Shown here piece after piece: positions 26,501 through 37,292 of a stretch of 64,000 bases of DNA. This DNA is from Lingula anatina. Taxonomy: Eukaryota > Animalia > Brachiopoda. The stretch spans positions 7,688,001 through 7,752,000 of the forward strand of contig CM120640.1 in assembly GCA_051362555.1 (NCBI GenBank). The letters are read 5' to 3'. The notes below the pieces were generated by a model. That model had not been told where the DNA came from. It worked only from the letters and a program-made list of their open reading frames with translations, and did not search any database. Every line of letters starts with the position of its first letter. Within the stretch, counting starts at the first letter, position 1. The position numbers were made by a program, and so were the translations under genes.

Positions 26501-29500
26501 GACCATTCCTATCAGTAAGCTCTCTAGCTTCCATTTGTTCCATCAGTCCACTCAAACGAAGCAGTGCACAATCATGCCTTCGCCCTTCTAGAGTACCATG
26601 GCCCATAGGAGCCTACGCGTGCGTCTTTTAGACGCCCCTTTTAATGCGAAAACGACAAGGCCTATGCCGAGTTCGTCTTTTACTACAGAGCTTTGAGAGC
26701 CGAAAATGGCATGGCTGTCTCTTTCGCCACTTACTGAACTCCAGAGATGCGAGATTGACACGACCCATGTCGCGTTTGTCTCTCAAAAGACACTGTTATA
26801 AAACATGAATAGGCATAACGTGTGATTTTCGCAGCTGAATAAGTAGACCCTTATAAACGAAGTTGACGTAACTTGAGAGTCATGTCGCTTTCAACTTTTA
26901 CAAACCTCGAACAAAATCTATCTCCACACAGACGCGCGCGACATGTAGGCCTACTATTGGACATGGGTCAGTTGAAAGCGACATTAACCTAAATGGCTCA
27001 TGTTACTTTCAGCCAATTAATTTGAAACAGAAGGATCGTCTTAAAACCCTTTATATTTGAATCCTTGAAAATGAAAATATGAGGCCATATAATTATTACA
27101 AGCAATTAGCCACACTGTTATCTAGATAGCACTAAATTATGATGGGATTCAAATGAAAAAAATGTTTTGGGACAGCACAACACTGTTTCAAATTAATTGG
27201 ATTTGACATATAAGAGTTGGCTGAAAGTAACATGAGCCCTTTAGGTTAATAGGGTTTCAACTGACCCATGTCCCATAGTACATGTCGCGCGCGTCTGTGT
27301 GGAGATAGATTTTGTTGGAGGTTTGTAAGAGTTGAAAGCGACATGACTCTCAAGTTACGTCAACTTCGTTTATAAGGGTCTACTTATTCAGCTGCGAAAA
27401 TCACACGTTATGCCTATTTCATGTTTTATAACAGTGTCTTTTGAGAGACGAACGCGACATGGGTCGTGTCAATCTCGCATCTGTGGAGTTCAGTAAGTGG
27501 CGAAAGAGACACAGCCATGTCATTTTCGGCTCTCAAAGCTCTGTAGTAAAAGACGAACTCGGCATAGGCCTTGTCGTTTTCGCATGTAAAGGGGCGTCTA
27601 AAAGACGCACGCGTAGGCTCCTATGGGCCATGGTACTAGAGGACCATAAATATGCGCAATCAACCCGCTAGGTATCACCACTGATTGAAATTTCAATGCG
27701 TGAATGCGCTTGTGTCCATTGTAACATACACGTTGATTGCGTGTTGGCCTGCTTATAGGACGAACCGTGCCATCCACAAAACCTATGCAGTTCTGCAGCG
27801 GCGCACCCTTCTCATGTATTTTATCAGCATAAATTTGAAGTTGTGCAGGACCCAACCACGGATTATCCAGTGTATCCAAACGATGATGATGACTGTCATA
27901 GAGTAGACCAACAGTGTGATTGATGATCACGGATAAGGTCGATGCAGGTCGACCAAAAAATCTTTCCAAATCACTCAGTCGATTTGGGTGCGAAAATCTC
28001 TTTAAAACCATACATTAGGCATCAAGTCCGCTGCACCTGCATCTGTTACTTACAGTTATCATATCAGGAAGTCCTAATAACGTTACCAAGCGATATACAT
28101 CTTCCTTTTCAAAGCGAAAGTCGTTAGTAAGGGTACCCAAATTAAAACTTGGCCATTCAGGGTCATAGGTTATCAGCCTTTTCTGAGGTCTATCGCGAAG
28201 GAGAGCGTATATCAACTCCTCATCATCGCCTTGAACTGCCATTTGCAGGAGGTCCATGCTGAAGCGTGTGTAGTTTTAGTAATAGATAGACCCCGAGTCA
28301 GCGAGGGTTATGTGGCATACACGAGTGCGTAGCACGAGTGGATGTCACATAACCCCCGCTGACGAGGGGTCTATCTTATTTTGACCACGGTCCATAAACA
28401 GGTTATAACGCATTCATGCGAGACGTGCGGTTATGCGAGTTACACCACGTCCGAGTCTTTTGTTCTTCACTTGCACCGTGGTCTAAAGTGTGTTTACCCC
28501 TGTGATGTTTATCATGCCTATTCGTTCATCACCCGCGTGCAGCAAAAATTACCTAACCTGTCCAATGGCGTATGACATCATTTAACGTCTCTGCTTACAG
28601 CACGGGAAACATGTATCAGCCTACTATACAATTCGACTATCCGTAAAGGCTAACCGGGTCTTTCTGCGAAATCACGAAAAAATAAACGTTGGTCACTTTA
28701 CGGTTACGGATAGCTAAATGTAGTCGGTCGCCTAAACGTGCAGTTGCGAAAGCTCTCTATTGCTATTACACCACTACATGCGACCGGATGACCTTGTGGT
28801 TAAAGTGTCCGCCTCCGGAGCGGGAAGACGTGGGTTCGAACTCTTCCGGGGACATATTAGTCCTTAATAAACGGAACCTGCTGTCTCGCCGCTTGTTACT
28901 GTTGTTCTTGTGTCTTTTTTTTTTTTCATTATGTGCCAAGGAGTCAAATATTCCTTTTAAAATATGGGGCCATGGTGACTCTTTTATAGAGATAAATCAA
29001 GGGATGGAGTCAATTGTGGAGTCAATTGTGAATGGAATCAATTGTGACCCTCCTGTGGGATCTGGGATGGCGTTACTCCATCGCGCGGAGTCAACTTGAC
29101 TCTAATTGGGAGTTATTTTAGGCACCACTGCTGGACACCAAGTTTGAAGTCACTTGGACTCCGATTTTATTCACGGTGGACAAGAATTTAGTTCAATTTG
29201 AAATTTCTTCCCGAATGTAGTACGATTTTTAAATTTAGTCATTCCGGCTGGTTCTGCTTGATTCCTGCTGATTCCGAAAAAGTGTGACGGGGGCTTAAGC
29301 GATGACAAATTTTACGGTTGCGTTTTCCTGCAATTATGAGATCATAAATTAGGCCCTATTGGTTTGTTTTTTTTTTTATATGTCGTTTGTCTCAATATCT
29401 GACGAGGTGGAAATCAGTTTGCCTTCCACCTGGTCAACCACTCACTTTTTGGATCCTTAAAACAGTGAACTTGCGTATGATCTCTTTCCTTGAAAAGATG

Positions 29501-32500
29501 AATGTCTTCCGACCCGTGAAATCCAGATCCAATAGACACGTGATCTCTCAAGTTTACGATGCTGTTCCTCCATGACACTCTGTGTTGACATCGGCGGCAT
29601 TTTAGGTACAACTCTGGGTTTAAGAGCATTGAATTTGAGAGCATAAAATAAATGAATAGAATTCACATATTTACATGAGGTTGATGAAAGACCTCTTTAC
29701 GCTACACTACAGTACATTTCTGGCACTTAATCTCTTAAAGGGTGAAGTGAGTCAATTAGAAAGTAAAATGTACCAGATAAAAACAAGCTTATTGTTACGT
29801 TTACATAGTGATAGCTTTCAAACTAGTGAAAAATCCAATATACTTGGCACTTAATCACTAAAAGAATGAGGTGAGTCAATAAAAAGGTAAGATATGTCAG
29901 ATAAAAACCAGCTTAATGTGACAGCTTTCAAACTAGTGGATTATCCGTGGGGTGTTATTGAAGATAATACTTCCCTTGTCAACAACGAGCTGCAAAGTGA
30001 AAGTGGATAAAGACGTCTTTTTTAAGGTAGCTCCTAAACATAAAATATTTCTTAACAGTATAGTACCTTCTTGGTGCTTTCCGTCCAGCTTTTCAAGCAC
30101 GAGACCGTAAAACGTTGGGAGGTTGGATGACTCGTCTTTTGGCATGTAGACACTGTGAAAATGATTAAAAAATACATAAAACGTGAAGATTCTCCATCTC
30201 TTCGTGGGAACGTTTCTCATATTAAAGTTACAATTGTCTTCATTTACAAGAGATCTTTTTGTAAAATACTAGAAAAAGAGCGTTCATGTCTACTTCTCAT
30301 CAGGTAAATTTTAATTGCAGGAAGTATCATCTGTTCCATATACAGGGTTACTACTTAATATGGAATATTATTTTTTGGCAAGTAAATTTTCTACAAAATA
30401 TTTATTTTCTCTTTAAATCCAAAACCTAGGTGTCACTCCATGTGTAGCCAGGTGTGTTACCTAATTACCACACAACTCTCGAAACAATTGATGCATGCAG
30501 TTGCATGTTCTGTGGTCAGAAATGTGACCGGTGGTCTTTTTGGCAATTTCTGCCCTTGTATAAAAACGCATGGGTTTGGCCAGTCTTTGGAGTGTATTTA
30601 GAGAAGCAACAAAGGGATCGCTCTGAAACTTGACAGGTACTTTAGAGAAGATATGGTTCGACAGCTAAGCAACGCAGCTTACTAGGGGATCCCTGCTCTC
30701 AGAGAAAATGGCCAGAAACGGATAGCAATTGCTAGGCAATGCAACATATATCAGGAACTGTTAGTAAAGTCCTCCAAAGAAATGCTACAACAGGGCACCT
30801 ACTCCAATACCTCGACCAGGGTGTCTGCGTATCACACCAAGAAGACAGGATCGCCTTCTCCTTAGAGTGCGCCATGCTGGTCGTACAAAGACAACCAGTG
30901 TCCTCAGAAAAGAGTCGCAGAATGTCATTCAAACGCCCGTTTCAAGGTCCCTCGTGAACAAGAGATAACTGCAAGCCGGTTATTTTGCACGAAGACCAGT
31001 AGGGAAACCACTGTTAACAGCAGGTCATGTACAGCGACGTCTGAAATGGGCTGGGGACCACGTGCGTTTGCAGCCGAAACACTGGAATCACGTCGTTTTC
31101 GGTGATGAGGCCAGATATAAGGGTCAAAGGGTCATTGCCGCCAGACTGGTTGCACACTTAGAGAAAAACAATCTTATAGAGCTAATGCAATCTGCATACA
31201 AGGCCAGACACAGTACTGAGTCAGCTCTACTTAGGATTAAAAGTGATCTTTTATGTGGAGTGGATAAACATTCAGTGGTTCTTTTAGTCCTGTTGGACCT
31301 ATTGGCAGCTTTTGACACTGTTAATCATGGACTACTAGATTTTATTGGTATTAAGGAATCTGCTCTTAGTCTTTTACGTTCTTATTTTACAGGCCGGTCA
31401 CAGCAGGTTATGATAAAAGGCATATTATCAAATGTTTCAGAAATAGCTTTCGGTGTGCCACAACGCAGTGTTCTAGGACCTCTTGTTTTTTGCATGTATA
31501 CCTTACCAATTGGGGCCATACTAAGACATCATAAGATTGGCTATCATATTTATGCTGATGACACACAGATTTTTACTTGTTGCAATCTAGAAAATCCAAA
31601 AGAATCTATTGATATATTGTCTAAATGTATTGACGATCTTCGCAGGTGGCTGATTAGTAATAAGTTGAAAATTAACGATGGAAAGTCTGAACTTTTGGTA
31701 ATAAGTCAGCCACATAATCGTATGATAGCACAACAAATTCAGCTCAAAATTGGATCAAGCATTATTAAGCGAAAAACCTATGCAAAAAATCTTGGTGTAT
31801 TTTGTATGAACAAACATATTGCCAGTGTATGCAGGACAGCGGTTTTTAACATTAGGAACATAAGTGCAATTCGCAATCAGTTGTCTGACTCTGCTGCAGC
31901 CACAGTCATAAATTGTTCAGTTACATCTCGATTAGATTACTGCAACTCCATTTTATACGGTTGTCCAAAGAAACAAATTGCCAGACTGCAGCGCATTCAA
32001 AATATTTCGGCCAGATTATTAACTCGGACATCCACAAGCATACACATCTCCCCAGTTTTAGAAAGTTTACACTGGCTACCTCTACAAGCCAGAATTTTAT
32101 TCAGATTTTTAGTTTTTACTCACGATGCTTTTTATGGATTGGCACCGATCTACATCAATTAATTGTTAGTCACTATGTTCCACTGCGAAATCTGCGGTCT
32201 GTAGACCAATTGCTACTCAACCCAGTAAAAATGCGATTAAAATCCTACGGTTATATATCTTTTAAAGCTGCAGGTCCAAAGGAATGGAATCTATTACCGC
32301 TGGAAATCCGAGCAATTAAGTCTACCAAACATTTTAAAAAAGAACTCAAAACATACCTTTTTAGGAAATATTTTGATTAACTCTTAATTGGTTTTATAAA
32401 TCTTGTATTAATTGCATTTAATTGTATGGCTGTTTTACCTAGATTTTATTTATGATATTTTATGTAGTATTATTTATGATATTTAATGTAAAGTCTACTG

Positions 32501-35115
32501 AACATTTTAAATGGATTTTAGACTTAAAATAAATTTATTATTATTATCATATGGAGTTTTTAGTGCTCAGGGCCGAATCCCTGTCCGCCGACGTGTACGA
32601 GAGGCATAAAACAATGATTATGTACTGCCTAGGGTGCAAGCAAGGGGTGGTAACGTCTCTGTTTGGGGAGCATTTCTTGCCGGTGCCCAGAACCAGTTAA
32701 TTTTTCTAGGAGGCAACCTCAACCAGAATTCCTATAGAGACATTCTACAACAAACAATGCTACGATTTGTAAGAGTCACCTTCAGGAACAACTTTGGGTA
32801 CCAAGACGACTGCGCAACTCCACATCCAGCTCGCAGAATCACTGTTTTTCTCCGAAACCAATGGGTTCAGCAACTGTCCTGGCCTGCAGACTCCCCAGAT
32901 ATGAACCCAATTGAAAATCTGTGGGCGGAAGAAACTCGCAGAATTAATAGCTATGGTCATCGGTCGGTAAATAGTGATGAACTGCGATAGGCAAATATCA
33001 CTGCGTGGAATGATGTCCCACCCAAACTTTAAAAAACTTGTCACAGGGTATGCCATGTGGGATGTGGGCGCTGCAATCGGCTGCTGGAGGTCATACCCCC
33101 TACTGATGACTTTTCATGATTTACTGTAGTGAGTTCTTTGAATGTGTAACATATTACAGTCCGGAGGCATTTTTTAAATATCTTAGCTGAAAATTAATAC
33201 TGACATCAAACTGTTGATATGGTTTTCTGGGGGTGTTCTTTTCTTTTGAATAACATCTTATGTCAGATTTGACATTATTGACCAAAATATCTCACAATGG
33301 AAGACTGGATATTATTATCACTCAATGACATACTTTTATGATGAATCAAACCAAAAAAAAATTTAATCAGCACTCAACAATAACAATGATAAAAAATCTT
33401 CCATATTAAGTAGTAACCCTGTACAGTAGGCTAACAGAATATCTTATTTGAGATGTGCGATGAACAGTTTTCCATTATTTAGATATTTACCTCCCAACTT
33501 GCTTTTTGCAGAATTTGCAGTAACATTTTGACCTGACGTAATGCTGAAACCACATCAGTTTGGTCCGCGTCTGTAAAAGTCGTTATCGTTTATACTATTC
33601 AGGGCCGTAGCCTGAGCAAAATGCCAGGGGGGGGCAGTAAGCGGACACGAGGGGGCGAAGCCCCTGAGGGGGGAGGGTGTGGGAGGGGATGTCCCCCTCC
33701 CACGATTGTTGAATGATTGTCTAGTGGCCATGAGTGCATTTTCTCACAGAATTGATACCAACTTTGCAATTAATTTTTTTTACCTTTGCGATTATTATTA
33801 TTTTTTTTTTTTTGCACCTCAAATCCCAGGGGGGGGGGGGCAGCTGCCCCCCCTGCCCCCCCCGGAGGCTACGGCCCTGCTATTATAATCATGGTAATTT
33901 AGAATAGCCGCACAGACAACAATAACATCTTCGACAAATCAGTTGCTTTAATAATATAAACCAAGATAACATACAACATTGGTCAAAAAGGTTCCCCACC
34001 ACCAGTTTCATGTGCTTTTCGGCTGTTTACTAAAATAGACCAACATAAGATATGAGGTGTTAAATGGCTGATCCAGGTTCTGATTGATAATGAGTCATCC
34101 TGACTCTGAGCCCTCTTTATAAGCGGTATTTTCAAATATTTCAGGGGAGGGGGAGTGGATTGGGTGGCCCTTTTTCTTGATAACCGATCTAATATTTAGT
34201 GTTACCTTTCTTTCCTGGTATACACGTACATCGCAGTTTTTCTTGACAAACACTATATCTCGCTTGCACTCTAAAAAGAAAAGTGGATCAATAAAAAGTA
34301 TAATGTACCAGATAAAAGCAAGGCTACGCCTACATAGTGATAGTTTAAAAAACAGTGTCAGAGTGGTGTTACTGACGTTAATATGTGACATATTTACACC
34401 AAAGTGCCAAATATGTTTTAAATGATGACGTATAAACACGTACATATTTATGGATTGCCTAAAGTATCTTTTTTAATTTTCCCTTTCGATTAGCTCTCTA
34501 TCAGTTTTACTGGCCTTGAATATGTTTACATAATTTCCCACTTAATCGCCCCCACTACAAACACCATCCCACGCAAGCTGAGATATAAAAAATGAGATAA
34601 GAGCGCACGTACAAGATTTGAAAATACTACTTACTGTCGTCTGGGTCGTAAAAAGTTTTGACGGGCAAACAATACACGTGAACGTCTGTCAAACATATTT
34701 CCACATCCCTCCCCTCTTCCTGCTCGGGCTCTAGAGTCACTCCCTCAGCCTTGAGGTCAGCGACAGAAATGACATCAAGGGTTTTGGCCAGGGTCGACCC
34801 GCACTTGTGGCAATTTAGGTGGACCTCTGAGAAATAGAAACCCGTTAATATGGTATTTTAACGAATCGATAAATTGCGTTGGATATAAAGTTTGAAGCAG
34901 AGAGAGAGAGAGCGAGAGAGAGAGAGAGCAAACCACCACAGATCAGCGACTGATCCAGACCGCCTCTCCCCTCGAACAATACCTTTTCCTTCCGGGTGGA
35001 AGCTGGAACGAGAAGGCGAGCTAATTGATGTAGTGCGTCGAACTACTTCGCTTTCTTGATTTTGTCCACTGTCGTCACAAGATACGTCTAACGGTCTTGC
35101 TTTGTCTGTGGCCAT
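9775..35115 (-). CDS. Copy A: 14-exon gene, 3x CULT/Yippee-like Zn domains + peptidase C14 (paracaspase-like) domain, ~786 aa
   Basis: Exons (minus strand): 35115-34983, 34826-34635, 34270-34206, 33570-33491, 30152-30067, 29613-29446, 22726-22665, 22477-22398, 22142-22072, 21810-21658, 21306-21239, 11497-11421, 11204-11131, 10826-9775. All introns are GT-AG with compatible phases. Total 2361 nt, open frame. Every exon has a counterpart in copy B. Motifs: LKCRRC...FKDPKNDYHVFLTV...SDWFVGFTAVECRCPRDWCKRLVGWRF...FYGL; FYFSGHG; IIDACR. The exon 1 donor (GTATTG) is the least certain boundary. Confidence 0.85.
11787..12257 (+). CDS. DIRS gag-like ORF with CCHC knuckle, probably internally deleted
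   Basis: GWKTVKEY...ADDSGDERKIRAAENRA motif typical of DIRS ORF1; CFLCLQPGHWRSSC zinc knuckle. Confidence 0.75.
   Translation: MAENDQTDSGPRPEDPERQEGWKTVKEYQISDFADDSGDERKIRAAENRALRQSRKNNYRFSPYATPTAAAGAPFSTNRAMASSPYPGPFPSAAVSSAGQLNPSLGPRFPTFSSQPFRRIRKPMPSDICFLCLQPGHWRSSCPNAQVRPEPENQRN
12307..13935 (+). pseudogene. DIRS reverse transcriptase/RNase H, frameshifted and interrupted
   Basis: RLILDL, FDLKSGYHH, LPFGLSSAP, YLDD, FSDAS, STWREL. Frameshifts near 12530-12565 and 13760-13790. The C-terminal remnant resumes at ~16485-16668 (FWPFLF...YIQGNN). Confidence 0.88.
17617..17686. repeat. (TA)n microsatellite
   Basis: Read directly from the sequence. Confidence 0.95.
17865..18620 (+). repeat. 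~185-189 bp tandem repeat, ~4 copies, inside the DIRS element
   Basis: Units start gacgaagcgat at ~17870, 18054, 18242 and 18431. Confidence 0.9.
18860..19878 (+). CDS. DIRS tyrosine recombinase
   Basis: Frame is open from the acceptor ttttcAG at 18858-18859. Catalytic residues appear intact: LRFSE (R), KSD (K), HSLR, HGRW, GY. Confidence 0.9.
23366..24012 (-). mobile_element. 3' fragment of the same Tc1 family
   Basis: WPVQSPDTNIIENVW...SRGYATK. Same terminus as 5375-5402 in reverse orientation. Contains a (CA)n tract. Confidence 0.88.
25081..28758 (-). mobile_element. PIF/Harbinger-superfamily DNA transposon, disrupted
   Basis: ~45 bp TIRs agagagctttcgca.ctgcacgtttaggcga with ATT TSD. 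DDE_Tnp_4/HARBI1-like transposase in pieces at 28257-27641 and 26592-26172 (CIGFVDGT, YNGHKRIHALKFQ, GPLEGRRHD, SSVRECVEWEFG). Convergent charged ORF remnant at 25822-26022 fits the accessory gene. Confidence 0.9.
26593..27636. mobile_element. Palindromic MITE inserted in the Harbinger transposase
   Basis: Long inverted arms gtaccatggcccataggagcc... with 4-bp TSD TAGA. Removing it restores YGPLEGRRHD. Confidence 0.92.
28780..28895 (+). mobile_element. tRNA-derived SINE 5' fragment
   Basis: A-box-like gtggttaa and B box ggttcgaac, with no complete cloverleaf acceptor stem. Confidence 0.65.
30343..33421 (+). mobile_element. Full-length degenerate Tc1 element in intron 4 of copy A
   Basis: TIR cagggttactacttaatatggaa with TA TSD. 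Motifs VVFGDEARY, VWGAF, YQDDCATPH, WPADSPDMNPIENLW. Empty site ccataTAca in copy B near 58600. Confidence 0.92.
31098..32548 (+). mobile_element. 5'-truncated L2/CR1-group LINE nested in the Tc1 transposase
   Basis: QSAYKARHSTESAL, LDLLAAFDTV, GVPQRSVLGP, YADDTQI, SRLDYCNS, LHWLP, WNLLP, and an aataaa plus (TTA)n tail. Confidence 0.92.
33600..33879. mobile_element. GC-rich MITE with CAGGGCCGT termini and 5-bp TSD (CTATT)
   Basis: TIR cagggccgtagcct / aggctacggccctg. Same family as 58044-58459. Confidence 0.85.
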
Positions 35116-36522
35116 GTTGCTGGCTCTCCGTGTCGTCAAGACTGAGTCTAAAAATCAGATCACATGCAGTGACTTCCAATATCAACAGAGCTATTTTTGT
35201 TTTGGTTACTCGAAAGCATCGCGTATTGCGATATCACTACTGACATAGAGACTACATGGTATTATATGGGGCGCGTATGGGAGAGTTATGGAATCGAGAC
35301 TCTAGCGCTCGGCCGCAATGCGCAATGCTTTCGGGCTCCGTATCTCGAAAGGTTCGCTATGTTGCTCACGTGCGTTAGTGTCTCGATTCCATAACCGATT
35401 CTATTTCGAGACACAGGACCATGGAATCGAGACACTTGCGCACGTGCGCAACATAGCGAACCTTTCGAGATACGGAGCCCAGGTGTAACTAGGTCGCCAG
35501 TTTCCGTGAGGGCGCGCTGAATAATGCGGTTCAAGCACGTTCGGCTGTCACCATGATTGGATAGTAAACGATTGTCGTAATATCACTAAATGATTTTAAA
35601 AACGGGTGCATAAACTTGAAAACCACCTAGAACAACTTAAGACTGCCACATTAATCCAATACAATGCAAAAATAAACTATAACAAGTGGTTAAAGCCTTC
35701 AAGCCGAATGTCGTAAAGTCCCCATATACCTCCATAGAGACAATAAAATAGACTAAGCTTGTGAAACAAGATTCCACAAATTTAAACATAATAATCTAAA
35801 TAAAATAATGCCGGGCATCGGAGCGCTTACCGCAAATGCTGCAGGCTACGTCATCCCGTCGATCGTTTGTAAATTCCGTGCATGGCATACGCACAATCAA
35901 ACCGTAAATCCAAATTCCCGCTTTGACGCTCGAGTCGGTCCTTTCCACAATCCTATTCAGGAGGTGACGTAACCGCAGAGGTCGCATTACAAATACCTGT
36001 CTAATGGAAGGGTTCCTTTTTCGTAAGCCCGGTGTAATGGGAGGTTGGAGAGGAACAACTCGAGCGTCAAAGAGGGAATTTGGAATCGCACGAATATTGT
36101 CCAGAAATTCACTACGAATTTTTGAAATCGAGAGTTCGTGGCCAAAATTTTGAACAGCTCAAAATTTTTGCCACGAATTCCCGATTGATCAAGAATTGCA
36201 AGAACTGACTACGATTATATACGAATCTGTTAAGAACTTCACGAACTGATTACGATTCAACCTCGAATCCTGAAATTTGTCAATTCATGGCAATTCGTGG
36301 AATTCGTGGTCTGTGTGAAATAGGGGCATAAGAGGGTAATTAAATTCCGTGCGTGATCGGCTGACAGCAATTTAGCGTGAACCCCCAGGGAGTTAGGTCG
36401 ATCTAGTTGGATCGATCTAAATCTCTGGGAATGCAGTCTAAGAGGCCTCAGATTTAGAGAGCATGCAGACGATCTTACTTACGCACAATACCAATATTCT
36501 TCCTTTAATTCAGCAACCTCAA

Positions 36523-37292
36523 TAAAGGGTACCGGAGAAGATCAGCATTGGTCAGAATTGTGCCGGAAGTGACGAGTAGTGGTGTAAGACGTAAAGCTGA
36601 GTGGTCATTTTTAGCTGGTGATGAATGGGAATGAAGACGTGGGCTTGGAGAAAAAACAGTTATTCTAACAACACGGTAAGATTACATTTTATCTTTATGC
36701 ATTTGGGGCAGAGAATACTTGTAGAAGCAATAGGCACATGATATGAAAACGTGTCACGAAACTTGAAGGTGCAAAATCATGTTAATTTGCAGACAACTTG
36801 TTTTGAAATACATGCTGCCTAAAACATCAAGACCCTAAAACATCATTATAATTGTAGCACATACCATAAAACACCCAAAATACTTAGATATGGACATATT
36901 AGATTATATAAATGTCAAAATTCTAAATGACAACGATTTATAGCCTCCCGGGAATTCCTTTCCCTTTACGCTCTTTGTCGCGCTGGCGGTCGATGCAGCA
37001 TGTATTTTAAAACAAGTTGTCTGCAAATTAACCACGATTTTGCACCTTCAGGTTCCGTGGCACGTTTTCATATCATGTGCCTATTATTTCTACAAGTATT
37101 CTCTGCCCAAAATGCGTAAAGAAGAAATGTCATCTTGCCATGTTGTTTGAAAAACTGCTTTTTTCTCCGAGTCCATGTCTTCTCTCCCGTTCACCTCCAG
37201 TTAAAAGTGACCACTCAGCTTTACGTCTTACACCACTACACGTCACTTCCGGCACAATTCTGACCAATGCTGATCTTCTCCGGTACCCTTTA
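36523..37292. mobile_element. Foldback MITE (taaaggg...cccttta), copy-B-specific
   Basis: ~290 bp inverted arms. Absent from the equivalent position near 7200. Same family as 42251-43777. Confidence 0.88.

Larger units (their letters stand above)
7120..35535. repeat. Segmental duplication unit A
   Basis: Collinear similarity to ~36441-61193 in exons, intron flanks and ~2.6 kb of 3' flank. Starts at agaggcctcagatttagagagcatgca and ends at atgcggttcaagc. Confidence 0.9.

Noticed and set aside
28780-28860. tRNA gene
   Set aside because: A and B boxes are present but there is no acceptor stem, and it continues into a SINE-like body.
21239-34826. Cereblon (CRBN) ortholog
   Set aside because: No LON-N/DDB1-binding region, three repeats instead of one, and an incomplete Trp cage. 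No gene symbol assigned.
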